64,000 bases of DNA from assembly GCA_028749205.1 (NCBI GenBank), contig JAQULR010000006.1:6678-70677 (forward strand), read 5' to 3'. The position numbers and the translations under genes are program-made. Shown one piece after another: positions 8,911-18,146 of this stretch. Every line of letters starts with the position of its first letter. Positions within the stretch are counted from its first letter, which is position 1. This stretch comes from Acidobacteriota bacterium (GTDB lineage: Bacteria > Acidobacteriota > Aminicenantia > Aminicenantales > Saccharicenantaceae). The notes beneath the pieces were generated by a model. The model did no database searches and was not told the DNA's origin. It was given only the letters and a program-made list of their open reading frames with translations.

Positions 8911-8938
8911 ACCTGCATTATTTATGAATAATCCAGGT
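8911..8938. repeat. 28-bp palindromic intergenic motif (copy 1)
   Basis: ACCTGCATTATT-TATG-AATAATCCAGGT, with arms complementary at 11 of 12 positions. It matches the copy at 56454 at 26/28 and the copy at 52894 at 24/28 (hand count). Confidence 0.75.
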
Positions 8939-9127
8939 CAGTATGTCAATCAAGGGATATCCACAAATTTTGTGGAAAAACCTGTGAATAAACCAGAGAA
9001 AAAGATAGTCAAGTATATGGAATTTCTTGAAGATATAACAACCTGCACAAATAATAGTCATGGGAAAATTAGTGGCCGATACTTGCTAAAAAATGCTCCT
9101 CAAGATAAAGTTATTTAGAGATTGAAA

Positions 9128-9931
9128 ATGATGGCCAGAAAATTCAAGGCGGTTGAATTGAGTTTCACCCGGTTGAGAAAACAATATCTCCGTGGCGAAA
9201 TAAGCCGGGAGCAATTTGCTGACTCTCTCAAGAAATTAAGACTGCTGGATAATGAAGGCCGCTGCTGGATGCTGGGTGCCCAGACAGGACGATGGTACTA
9301 TTATGACGGAAAACAGTGGATTCAGTCCGAATTGCCAAAAGAAAGCCAGGATGGTCTTATTTGTCCGGATTGTTATCATGAAAATAGTCCTCAGGCCAGA
9401 ATCTGTGAGCTCTGTGGGGCTACATTAATAAAAACTTCGACCAAGATGGTCTGTATTAATTGCGGGAATCTCATAGACTACGACCGAAAAGTTTGCCCGT
9501 TATGTGGCATAGAAGTAGTCGGCAAAAGTGATGAACTCTTGACCGAAAAAAGCCAGGTATCTCCCTCCTCTGTTGAAAGCCCGTCAGAAGAGAATATGGC
9601 CTATTTAAAATCGGTTGATAAGATGAGTTTTTTATTTTTCTCAGGTGGCCTGGGGATTTTTTTAGGAGTTCTTTTTGGTCTTATCCTCGGGGTGACAGAT
9701 TTTTTCTCTGGAGTGGTCGCCGGTCTGCCTTCATTTCTTCAAGAGATGCAGGGAACCCTGGTGGGGGCTGTAGTTTTCAGTATTCTTGGTGGCCTGTCTG
9801 GCGTTGTCCTGGTGGCGGCTGCTGGCTTTATTCTGGCCCTGCTAATTAATGGCGCCATCTATTTTTTTGGAGGACCGGGTTTCCATCTTGAGAAGGGCAC
9901 TAAAAGGACTTCCCTGAAGTCGCGGTCATAA
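9128..9931 (+). CDS. GYF_2-like / double zinc-ribbon membrane protein
   Basis: The ORF track starts at TTG 9122, but ATG 9128 is more likely. It has GRWYYYDGKQWIQ (GYF_2-like), CPDCYHEN...CELCG and CINCGN...CPLCG zinc ribbons, and a Gly-rich C-terminal TM region. Confidence 0.7.
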   Translation: MMARKFKAVELSFTRLRKQYLRGEISREQFADSLKKLRLLDNEGRCWMLGAQTGRWYYYDGKQWIQSELPKESQDGLICPDCYHENSPQARICELCGATLIKTSTKMVCINCGNLIDYDRKVCPLCGIEVVGKSDELLTEKSQVSPSSVESPSEENMAYLKSVDKMSFLFFSGGLGIFLGVLFGLILGVTDFFSGVVAGLPSFLQEMQGTLVGAVVFSILGGLSGVVLVAAAGFILALLINGAIYFFGGPGFHLEKGTKRTSLKSRS

Positions 9932-9956
9932 TCTAAATCCTGCCAGCCAACGGAAT

Positions 9957-12260
9957 TCAAGTGGAAAGTTTTATCTTGTTAAGGGCAAAAGCTATCTGGC
10001 CCGGGGATAAGGATTCATCACTGGGGGAATAGAGCACCGGTCTTAAGACTTCAAAGCCATGCCGGCGGAGACGCCTTTCGGTATTCTGGGTAAGAAGACG
10101 GTTTAAAAACACCCCACCGCTTAGGACCACCCGGGAAATGCCCTGTTCTTTTCGGGCCTGAAGAGCCAGTTCCAAGATGACCTGCACCAGAGTCAGATGA
10201 AACTTCATAGCAATTAATTCCGGCCGGATTTTTTTCTGAAGGTCCAGAATGATTTCTCTTATAGCCGGGCTAAAATCTATCAGGTAGGGAGAAGAATCTT
10301 TTTTGATTAAAAACGAGTAAAAAGATTTTACTCGGACTTGAACTGAGGAAGCTGCTGCTTCCAGGCGGGAAGGAGCTTCGGCTTCATATTCGATCCTGGC
10401 AGGGGTTAGACCGCCAAGAAAGGCTACGGCATCGAACAGGCGGCCAACACTCGAAGTTAAGGGGGTGTTAAGTTCCTTATCTATCATCTGAAGGATCGAT
10501 TTCAATCTGTTTTCAGGAATTGTTTTAAGGGCGTCGGTTTCAGGTAGGTTCTGGCCAAAAGCCTTTTTCAGCCAGGCAACAGCCATCCTCCAGGGTTCTC
10601 TGGCGGCAGCGTCTCCTCCTGGGAGAGGAGCGTAGTCAAGGTGGGCATAGCGAAGGTAACCTGAATAGTCGGCAATTAAAAATTCACCTCCCCAGGCCTT
10701 CCCATCATCTCCATAGCCAAAGCCATCGAAGCTTATGCCCAGAAATTTCTGGCCCGGAGCGATCTGATGTTCTATGAGAGGAGCTAAGCTGTGAGCGAAA
10801 TGATGCTGAACCTGGAGGTGAGGAATTCCGAGACTTCTGGCAAAACGACTGCTTCTAAAATCTGGATGGAGGTCGCTGACCACCAGTTCAGGAGTGAAGT
10901 TAAAAAGTTTTCTTAAATGAGCCAGGGTTTCCTCAAAATATCCGAAATTTTGGTAATCATCTAAGTCTCCCAGGAACTGAGAGGTAATGATGTAACCATT
11001 CTTGTATATAGAAATGGTGTTTTTGAGCTCGCCACCGACCGCTAAAATCTGGGCAGAGGACCTCAGTTTTTCCGGTACAGCCTGGGGGAAGGGGACAAAG
11101 CCCCGGGCCCGGCGGAAAAAAAGCAGCCGGCCATTTACAACTTTGATCACTGAATCATCCGCCCTCATGGCTATTTCCCGGTTATGAGTCAGGATGTAGT
11201 CGCATAATTCCGGGCCAATTAGAGTGTCATCCTTGATTATTGGGGCGTCTTTCTGATTGGAGCTGGTAGCCACAATTATCGGAAGATCTTTAAGGAGAAG
11301 ATGATGCAAGGGAGTGTATGGCAGCATGATTCCTACTGTATCCAGGAAAGGGGCAATTTCCGGTAAATCCTTTTTCTTTTGAAGAAGAACAATCGGCCTG
11401 GAGGGCGAGGTCAGCCAGGTTTTCTCTGTTGGGGTCACCTGGGCGTATTCTTTTATCACCTTCAGATCCCGGGCCATCAAAGCCAAGGGTTTAACTTTTC
11501 TTTGTTTTATTTTTCGTAGCCGTTTAATTGCTATAGGGTTAGTAGCGTCACAAGTCAGGTGAAAACCTCCTAGTCCTTTAATGGCCAGGATTTTGCCCTT
11601 TTTTAGCAGTCTGACAGCCTCAGCCAGGCTGTCAGAGATTTTCTTTCCTGTTCGGGTTTCTTTAATAGCAATTTTGGGACCACATTCCGGACAGGCAATT
11701 GGTTGAGCGTGGTAGCGCCTGTCAAGAGGATTTCCATATTCTTTCTGACAGTCCGGGCACATCTTAAAAGCAGCCATAGTGGTTTTGTCCCGGTCGTAAG
11801 GTAGTTCCTGAACGATAGTATATCTTGGCCCACAATTAGTACAGTTGGTAAACGGGTAGCGATAACGCCTTTCTTTGGGATTATCAATTTCCTCAAGGCA
11901 TTCTTGGCAGGTGGCAATGTCTGGTGAGATAAAGACAAATGACTCCTCCTGGGAAGAACGGCTTATAGTGAATTGGTTCAAACCGAGTGGTTCAATTTCC
12001 TGATAACTAACTTCTTCAATTCTGGCCAGAGGAGGAGTCTGAGACCTCAATTGAAGCAGGAACTCATCCAGCAGAGCCTGTTCTTTTTCTAAATGAATTT
12101 CCACTCCCTGTCCGATATTTCTGACAAAACCAGAAAAGCCAAGGCTGGTGGCTAAACGGTAAATAAAAGGCCGAAAACCGACACCCTGAACTGTTCCCCT
12201 GACTATGAGGCGAAAGGCCCGACGACTCATTATCTCCCTGGCCTCTGACTGTAAAGACAT
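9957..12260 (-). CDS. hypF: [NiFe]-hydrogenase maturation carbamoyltransferase HypF
   Basis: Acylphosphatase-like N-terminus (RLIVRGTVQGVGFRPFIY), two CxxC...CxxC zinc-finger pairs, and YrdC-like and Kae1-like domains. The start may be the second ATG at 12230, which forms a TAATG overlap with the queH stop. Confidence 0.93.
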   Translation of the reverse strand: MSLQSEAREIMSRRAFRLIVRGTVQGVGFRPFIYRLATSLGFSGFVRNIGQGVEIHLEKEQALLDEFLLQLRSQTPPLARIEEVSYQEIEPLGLNQFTISRSSQEESFVFISPDIATCQECLEEIDNPKERRYRYPFTNCTNCGPRYTIVQELPYDRDKTTMAAFKMCPDCQKEYGNPLDRRYHAQPIACPECGPKIAIKETRTGKKISDSLAEAVRLLKKGKILAIKGLGGFHLTCDATNPIAIKRLRKIKQRKVKPLALMARDLKVIKEYAQVTPTEKTWLTSPSRPIVLLQKKKDLPEIAPFLDTVGIMLPYTPLHHLLLKDLPIIVATSSNQKDAPIIKDDTLIGPELCDYILTHNREIAMRADDSVIKVVNGRLLFFRRARGFVPFPQAVPEKLRSSAQILAVGGELKNTISIYKNGYIITSQFLGDLDDYQNFGYFEETLAHLRKLFNFTPELVVSDLHPDFRSSRFARSLGIPHLQVQHHFAHSLAPLIEHQIAPGQKFLGISFDGFGYGDDGKAWGGEFLIADYSGYLRYAHLDYAPLPGGDAAAREPWRMAVAWLKKAFGQNLPETDALKTIPENRLKSILQMIDKELNTPLTSSVGRLFDAVAFLGGLTPARIEYEAEAPSRLEAAASSVQVRVKSFYSFLIKKDSSPYLIDFSPAIREIILDLQKKIRPELIAMKFHLTLVQVILELALQARKEQGISRVVLSGGVFLNRLLTQNTERRLRRHGFEVLRPVLYSPSDESLSPGQIAFALNKIKLST

Positions 12261-12778
12261 CCGCAGTAGTTCTGCCGGTATAGTCCAAATTGTTTGCTAA
12301 GCTGAACACTTTTATTAAAACCATCTTTTTTCTTGAAATCAGCCTCAAGATATTCAATTCGGTATTTTCTGGCAATCATCTTACCCATTCTGTTCAGAAC
12401 TGAGGAGTTTTTCCAGGGGCTGATGCTCATTACTGTAGTAAAGAGGGGGATGCCAAGCTCTCGGGCTTTATTGGCTGTCTGATCCAGTCTCCAGGCATAA
12501 CAGATATGGCAGCGCCTACCTTTTTCTGGCTCAGCTTGGAATTTTTCTGTTAGTTTGAACCAAAGGTTGGGCTGGTATTGGCCCTCAATCAGCTCAAAAC
12601 TGAGATGCCCAGCTATTTTTCTAATCTCTTCCAGTCGGAGCTGGTACTCTTCCTCTGGGTGAATGTTCGGATTATAAAAAAATCCAGTCACTTTATAAGA
12701 AGGCTGAAGAAGCCCAATAACATAGAGAGCATCGGGGGCACAACAAAGATGAACCATCAATTCAGGTTTGGAATTCAT
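12230..12778 (-). CDS. queH: epoxyqueuosine reductase QueH (DUF208)
   Basis: 182 aa with HLCCAPDA, CHICYAWRL and YRQNYCGC cysteine motifs characteristic of QueH. Confidence 0.88.
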   Translation of the reverse strand: MNSKPELMVHLCCAPDALYVIGLLQPSYKVTGFFYNPNIHPEEEYQLRLEEIRKIAGHLSFELIEGQYQPNLWFKLTEKFQAEPEKGRRCHICYAWRLDQTANKARELGIPLFTTVMSISPWKNSSVLNRMGKMIARKYRIEYLEADFKKKDGFNKSVQLSKQFGLYRQNYCGCLYSQRPGR

Positions 12779-12816
12779 GCCTTTTATTTTAGTCTTGAGA
12801 GTCTAATGGGTAAAGA

Positions 12817-13500
12817 TCAACCCAAAAATTTTTTTAGTTGTTCCTGGTTTTCTTTTATCTTATTCTTGATGGAATCTATCTGAAAATAAATATAGTCCAG
12901 GTCTTCTCGGTCAGGCCTCAGGTTGTAGATCAGCTTACCGATAGTCTCATGATGGGGTACCAGAAGTTCGTCAGTAGCCATAATCTCTTGCTGGATGTCA
13001 TTTCTTTTTTTTTCCAGAATCGAAATATTTTTCTCCAGCTCCTCCCGCTTCTCTGGAAGGTCTCGGCTTGTTTCGGCTTGAGTCAAAAGCTTCTTTTTTT
13101 CCTGCTTCAGTCTTTCCTGCTCTTGGTAGAGCTGATGCCACTTCTCCTGCAATCGACTATTCTTTTCTTCTAAGGATTTAACTTCATCAGGAAGCCCTGG
13201 TATTTCCTGCAAGTTTGGCCAGCGAAGCGAAGCCAGCTCACCTAACCTTCTAAGAAGATCGTTCTTCTTTTCTTCTTCTCTCTTGAGTATTACCTGAAGC
13301 CGCAGCCGTTCAAACTTTCTTCTGGGACTGGCCAGAGCATAGCTTATCTTCTGTCGTAAATCTCTATTGCACAGGAAGGCTATAAAAACCAGCAGCAGGA
13401 TAATACTGAGGAGTAAATAAAATAGCCAGTAGGGCAATCCATTTTCTTGCAATTCAGGGCTTGATAAAAGACTTGAAAAACTTACCGATAGATTCTCCAC
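12817..13500 (-). CDS. membrane-anchored coiled-coil protein
   Basis: 227 aa with one TM (WLFYLLLSIILLLVFIAFL) followed by E/K/L-rich heptad sequence. Its start overlaps the stop of the upstream carboxypeptidase gene by 1 nt. Confidence 0.6.
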   Translation of the reverse strand: MENLSVSFSSLLSSPELQENGLPYWLFYLLLSIILLLVFIAFLCNRDLRQKISYALASPRRKFERLRLQVILKREEEKKNDLLRRLGELASLRWPNLQEIPGLPDEVKSLEEKNSRLQEKWHQLYQEQERLKQEKKKLLTQAETSRDLPEKREELEKNISILEKKRNDIQQEIMATDELLVPHHETIGKLIYNLRPDREDLDYIYFQIDSIKNKIKENQEQLKKFLG

Positions 13501-14870
13501 TATTTTACTCCTTGCTCCTTGCCCAAGAAGCCAGAACTCTTCCTGTCTTTTACTATAATTTCGAGTCTTTTTTCAAGCTCTCTTTTAAGGTAAAAATAAG
13601 GGGGTCTTTCAGGGATGGTCTCTTCATAATTAGCAATGACCCAATCTATGAGAAATAAGGCTGGCGGCAGGTTTTCTTGAAAGATTTCATCAATATCTGC
13701 CTCAGAGTTAACAAATCCGCCTTGGGCCAGGTCCAGAGGTGGCAATTCTATGGTAAAGGCAGGAATTTGAAAAAAGGCATAAGCCCAGTCAGCAAAATCT
13801 CCATTGGTCAGATAAAGAGCCGCGGCGGCCCGGCCGGTTTCGTATATCCGGCCATTTACCTGATAAATCAGTTCAGCCATAGCCGCACTTAGCTGCTGGA
13901 ACAGAGGCTCGTCTTCTGTAGCCTGGTCCAGATATCCCCAGGGATAAAGGATGCTCTGGGAAAAACTATGATAGGAGATGGCCGCAGCTAAGTTATGATT
14001 GTGAAAGAAGTTATTAATAGCTCTGGTCTCAGGTTCAGAAAAAGGCTCCAGGCCACGATAATCTGCTGAGGAAGGATTTGGACTGGAACCCAGGCTGTCA
14101 TAGGCCCAGGCAAAAGAATAGTTTCGGTTTAAGTCTACTCCATAAGAGCCATCATAGTTCAGCCGCCGGTTTTTCCTCCAGAGGCGGTAATTCAGGATAG
14201 AATATTGGAGGCCATCGGGATTAACTAAGGGAATTACCCAAATTTCAGCTGAGTCTACCAGAAACTTAATTCGATCATCGCTGGTGTAATTTTCCAAAAG
14301 ATGCTTGCCTATCAAAAGAGGTATCTCCAAGGAAATCCATTCCCGGGCATGATGACCTCCAAGGAAAGTTATTGCGGGCTCGTTTTCTCTTGTAGAAACG
14401 TTATCACTTATTTTTAGAGCGTAGATGTTTCTATTTTCCAGACTCTTTCCAAGGATATAAAGCCTGGTAATAGAAGGATAAGCTCTGACTAAAGCTTGCA
14501 ATTCGGACTCAAGCTCTTTATAAGAGTGGTAAGCTCCATTTAACCCACCCTGCCAGCGAAGTTTAATAGAGTGGCCAGGGCTGATTTGGGGATTAAAGCG
14601 GTGAGTTTCTAAGCTAAAAAAATAGCCGGCCTGTCTGATGCCTTCTAAATGTTTTTTTTCAACCTGAAAATATATTTTCTGACCTTCAACCATTAGCGGA
14701 TCAACAGGAAAGTTCAGGGCAAGATCCCTTAAATCGAGATTTTTATTAAGAGAAATAATTTCTGTATCTGAGAGACCGTTGTCAGTAGAATAGGAAAAAG
14801 ACAAAAAAATTATGACGACTAAAAATATGGGCCTGCTGCCTTTTTTCCCGTTATAGTTATTTCTGGTCAT
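13500..14870 (-). CDS. secreted M14-family zinc carboxypeptidase
   Basis: Signal-like N-terminus. Zinc ligand motif GGHHAREWIS (HxxE), a later SYHSFSQSILYPWGY, and catalytic FTIELPP (TxEL). Confidence 0.85.
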   Translation of the reverse strand: MTRNNYNGKKGSRPIFLVVIIFLSFSYSTDNGLSDTEIISLNKNLDLRDLALNFPVDPLMVEGQKIYFQVEKKHLEGIRQAGYFFSLETHRFNPQISPGHSIKLRWQGGLNGAYHSYKELESELQALVRAYPSITRLYILGKSLENRNIYALKISDNVSTRENEPAITFLGGHHAREWISLEIPLLIGKHLLENYTSDDRIKFLVDSAEIWVIPLVNPDGLQYSILNYRLWRKNRRLNYDGSYGVDLNRNYSFAWAYDSLGSSPNPSSADYRGLEPFSEPETRAINNFFHNHNLAAAISYHSFSQSILYPWGYLDQATEDEPLFQQLSAAMAELIYQVNGRIYETGRAAAALYLTNGDFADWAYAFFQIPAFTIELPPLDLAQGGFVNSEADIDEIFQENLPPALFLIDWVIANYEETIPERPPYFYLKRELEKRLEIIVKDRKSSGFLGKEQGVK

Positions 14871-16135
14871 TTCTTATTCTCTCCTGATGTCTTTCTTAAA
14901 TCAGGGTAAAACTCCAGAGTAATGGAAATTCTTTGATGCTTGAGGTGCTGACCAGAGCCTGTTTCTAAGCCTATAGCCGTTGAGAAACTTAAGGCCATCA
15001 GGTCCGTGCTAATTCCTGAGCCAAAGGTTAGAAAAAAATAGGTAGAAGAAACTTCGGTCATTGGTTGAGGGTCAACCGTTAAACCCAAAAAATAGGGAGT
15101 TGTCCAAAGTCGTCCTAGAAACCTTAATTTTGTCCGGTATTCTATGCCTGTTCCTAACCGGACTACATTGCGGAAATTTCGGGTTTGAGTTTCGCCGAAA
15201 TAAGAAAAAGAATAGTTCTTCCAGGTAAAATAGACTGCCTCCAGATAGCCACTCAGGTTAGGCCTTAAAGTTACTCTGGCCCCGAGCCCCGTAATGAGAG
15301 GCCTTTTAATGATGTCTGAAGCCTGACCAACAATTTCAATGTCAGTTTGAGGGGAATCGTAGTTAAAATTATTCTGCCCGTGGACTTTTCTCTCGTGGGC
15401 AGGAATCAAGCTTAAAGCTACAAATAACCAGTCGGTTAAAATATAGCTCAAGCCGAAAACGGGATAGAATCCTTTAATTTTCTGATAACGATAATCAATC
15501 ATCTTAATATTATCAACAGGCCAGCTTTCTTCCAGATTCCGCTCAAGATGTCCTCTGTACCAAATAAAACTGACGCCAAGGCTCAGCCTTCGATTCAATT
15601 CCCTGGCCAGGCTAAAGGCGTAGTTGGTTTGATGGCCATTTTGCCAGAGGTTCAACTGGTTGTATAAAACCCCCTCTTCAAAATGGTTATAATCCAGACC
15701 AGGTCTGCCATAATTTTCTGTCAGGGCCCAGCCAAAGCCTAAGGTCCAATGACTTATTTTTTGAGACAGCCCGAGATAATCTAACTGCCAACACCTGAAA
15801 GGCAGGTTACCATTAGTTTTTAGCACCCCGGTATTTACCAACCAATATTTGAAAAGCTGAGTCTGATTGAAACTGAGATTTAAACTGAAACTGGTGCCTG
15901 GATTTAGAGAGGTAACGGCCGGACTTACTAGAATTGAGGCTGGACCGACCCTGGCCATCTGACATAAGCCCGAACCTAAAGAAGAGGCAGTTTCCAGGCC
16001 GAAAATATTCCAGCTTCCGAGAGGTGCTTCTTCGGTGTACTGACCAGGTCCAGCTTGAGTCTGACCGAAGGCTGTTGGACTGAGGAGCAGGATTAATAAA
16101 ATAATAGTTTGAAAGCACCTTAGTAATGAGTCCAT
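14867..16135 (-). CDS. outer-membrane beta-barrel protein (hypothetical)
   Basis: The ORF runs to 16183, but the ATG at 16135 gives a clean signal peptide (MDSLLRCFQTIILLILLLSPTAFGQ). The rest has alternating aromatic/Gly beta-strand periodicity. It overlaps the M14 gene by 4 nt. Confidence 0.6.
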   Translation of the reverse strand: MDSLLRCFQTIILLILLLSPTAFGQTQAGPGQYTEEAPLGSWNIFGLETASSLGSGLCQMARVGPASILVSPAVTSLNPGTSFSLNLSFNQTQLFKYWLVNTGVLKTNGNLPFRCWQLDYLGLSQKISHWTLGFGWALTENYGRPGLDYNHFEEGVLYNQLNLWQNGHQTNYAFSLARELNRRLSLGVSFIWYRGHLERNLEESWPVDNIKMIDYRYQKIKGFYPVFGLSYILTDWLFVALSLIPAHERKVHGQNNFNYDSPQTDIEIVGQASDIIKRPLITGLGARVTLRPNLSGYLEAVYFTWKNYSFSYFGETQTRNFRNVVRLGTGIEYRTKLRFLGRLWTTPYFLGLTVDPQPMTEVSSTYFFLTFGSGISTDLMALSFSTAIGLETGSGQHLKHQRISITLEFYPDLRKTSGENKK

Positions 16136-16213
16136 CGCTTTATTATCCTGATTTATCTTAAAAGAATCCAGGATAAATTGCATTATCCCCGAGCTAATAA
16201 TTTATTTCTGGAG

Positions 16214-16367
16214 GAAAACCGGCGCCAGAGACAATTTCAGAAGGCACCAGAAAGCTTTGAACTTCAGGATAGGAATAAATAATAACTGATAGCCTTTCGA
16301 AGTAAAGTTCCGTCTCCTAAAATACAAGAAGCCTGCCTGAAACCGGTTCTTGTACCTTCATTTTTTT
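16214..16367 (+). repeat. diverged long copy (E) of the dispersed structured repeat family
   Basis: It shares ordered blocks with copies A/B/C: GGCACCAGAAAGC, CTGATAGCCTTTCG, GTTCCG, ATACAAGAAG (as in C) and AAACCGGTTCTTGTACCTTCATTTTTTT (cf. AAATCGGTTCGTGTCCCTCATTTTTT). Confidence 0.6.
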
Positions 16368-16524
16368 CAGGTCCAGCTTGTCTTCTCGTTAACAATTGAT
16401 AATCTGGGGACAGATTATTTTTTAGGCATAACCCAGGTTATTACTGGATTAAATATTTTTGGTCTCGGGGTCTTTATTTTTGAGAAAAAAATCGGTATGA
16501 TAAACACAAATTTTAGGTGTGCTT

Positions 16525-17517
16525 ATGGTTAACAAAGACAGGAAGATCAAAATTAAGAGTATCGGAATCTATCTTCCAGAAAAAATTTTAACTAATGCCG
16601 ACCTGGAAAAGATGGTTGATACATCCGATGAGTGGATTACTACCAGAACCGGTATCAAAGAAAGAAGGATCGCTGCTGACAGCCAAACGAGCTCAGATTT
16701 AGGAGTTGCTGCTGCTAAAATGGCCCTGGAAAAGGCTAACTTAAAGGCTGAGGAAGTGGATCTGATTCTAGTGGCCACCAATACTCCGGACACTATTTTC
16801 CCATCGACTGCCAGCTGGATTCAAAGAAAACTCGGGATAAAAGAAATACCTGCTTTTGACCTTCAGGCTGGCTGCACGGGAGCCCTTTATGGGTTGGTTG
16901 TAGCCGAAGGGCTGATTTTAAGCGGGACCTGCCGCCGGATATTATTGGTAGCAGTGGATATTCTTTCCAAAATCACCAACTGGGAAGACAGATCTACCTG
17001 TGTTCTGTTTGGTGATGGAGCCGGAGCCTTTATCCTTGAAGAAAGCCAGGACCAGTCTGGTCTGATTTCTCATTTCTGGGGAGCCGATGGTTCTCTTGGA
17101 GAGTTGCTAATACTACCGGGAGGGGGGACGCTTCATCCGGCAAATGAAATGACAATAAGAGAAAAGCTCCATTATATTCGTATGAAGGGTAATGATGTTT
17201 TCAAGCATGCAGTCAAGCGTATGGGCGAGGCGGCTTTGGAAGCAGTTAAAAAAGCCGGGCTAGAAAAAGATCAAGTTGATTATCTTATACCTCACCAAGC
17301 AAATCTGAGAATAATAGATGCCACTGGAGCGAGACTTGGATTGTTAAAGGAAAGAATTGTGGTTAATGTGGATAAATATGGCAATATGTCAGTAGCCACC
17401 ATCCCGGTGGCCCTATATGAACTGGAAAATGAGGGTAGGCTAAAGTCTGGTGATATTGTGGTTATGGTAGCTTTTGGAGCTGGCTTTACCTGGGCTTCAG
17501 CTGTCTACCGCTGGTAA
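16525..17517 (+). CDS. fabH: beta-ketoacyl-ACP synthase III
   Basis: Typical FabH features: SDEWITTRTGI, active-site AGCTG, HQAN and GAGFTW motifs. The track starts at GTG 16519, but ATG 16525 lies behind an AGGTG RBS. Confidence 0.92.
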   Translation: MVNKDRKIKIKSIGIYLPEKILTNADLEKMVDTSDEWITTRTGIKERRIAADSQTSSDLGVAAAKMALEKANLKAEEVDLILVATNTPDTIFPSTASWIQRKLGIKEIPAFDLQAGCTGALYGLVVAEGLILSGTCRRILLVAVDILSKITNWEDRSTCVLFGDGAGAFILEESQDQSGLISHFWGADGSLGELLILPGGGTLHPANEMTIREKLHYIRMKGNDVFKHAVKRMGEAALEAVKKAGLEKDQVDYLIPHQANLRIIDATGARLGLLKERIVVNVDKYGNMSVATIPVALYELENEGRLKSGDIVVMVAFGAGFTWASAVYRW

Positions 17518-17546
17518 CCTCGAGCTATTATCAACAGACCAAATTT

Positions 17547-17570
17547 AAAAAGCTGCCCACTCAGCTTTTT
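17547..17570. terminator. bidirectional rho-independent terminator between convergent genes
   Basis: AAAAAGCTG-CCCACT-CAGCTTTTT forms a perfect 9-bp stem with A-run and T-run flanks. It lies between the fabH stop (17517) and the thioredoxin-like gene stop (17574). Confidence 0.7.
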
Positions 17571-17573
17571 AAG

Positions 17574-18104
17574 CTAAAACTCGTTATTTAATTCTCCAAA
17601 AATTCTCAGAAGCTCCTTTTTGTTCAACTGGCCGACGTGTTTGTAACGGATGTTTCCCTTTTTGTCTATGAAAATAGAGGTTGGGATGTATGGCCCGGGC
17701 TTAAAGGCCGCAACTATCTCCTTTCCTACGAGGGCCACGGGGTAATTTATCTCTGCTTTGGATACAAAGTCTTTAAGCTCGGCTTCCGAAAGATCATCTA
17801 CTGAGAACCCCAGGATTTCCAGACCCTGGTCCTTTAATTCTGAATAGGCCTGGATAAAATCTGGAATCTCCACTCGGCAGGGTGGACACCAGGTGGCCCA
17901 GAAATTTATCAGAACAACCTTGCCGCTTAAAGATGACAAACTTATTTCCTGGCCTTCAAGAGTAATCACCTGAAAATCAGGGGCCGGCTCTACTTCGGCT
18001 GGAGAGTTTCCGGCAGAGCTCTTTTCTGCTCTCTCCCCCTGGCAGGAGAAAGTTAGAAGCGAACTAATTGCTATAAGTGTCAGCAAAATAATTATTTTTT
18101 TCAT
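17574..18104 (-). CDS. TlpA/ResA-family thiol-disulfide oxidoreductase (lipoprotein)
   Basis: Lipoprotein signal ending LLTFSC and a thioredoxin motif WATWCPPCRVEIP. 176 aa. Confidence 0.85.
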   Translation of the reverse strand: MKKIIILLTLIAISSLLTFSCQGERAEKSSAGNSPAEVEPAPDFQVITLEGQEISLSSLSGKVVLINFWATWCPPCRVEIPDFIQAYSELKDQGLEILGFSVDDLSEAELKDFVSKAEINYPVALVGKEIVAAFKPGPYIPTSIFIDKKGNIRYKHVGQLNKKELLRIFGELNNEF

Positions 18105-18146
18105 ATTATTGGGTTATCCTTTTAGTTGTTAGAAGAATTTATCAGC

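Noticed and set aside
8924-9118. 64-aa ORF between the M50 protease and zinc-ribbon genes
   Set aside because: Its ATG is part of the 28-bp palindrome (ATGAATAATCCAGG). The same ATG-containing motif elsewhere gives only 6-13-codon frames, and there is no RBS.
11002-12375. ORFs 11002..11187, 11603..11938 and 12064..12375
   Set aside because: They are alternative or antisense frames inside hypF/queH with low-complexity sequence.
12578-13892. Plus-strand ORFs 12578..12883, 12838..13173, 13461..13658 and 13677..13892, plus 15813..16118 (-)
   Set aside because: They are shadow frames of queH, the coiled-coil gene, the M14 gene and the OMP gene.
16350-16532. 60-aa ORF upstream of fabH
   Set aside because: It lies across repeat copy E's T-run and an AT-rich leader. 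It has no RBS and a hydrophobic, low-complexity sequence.
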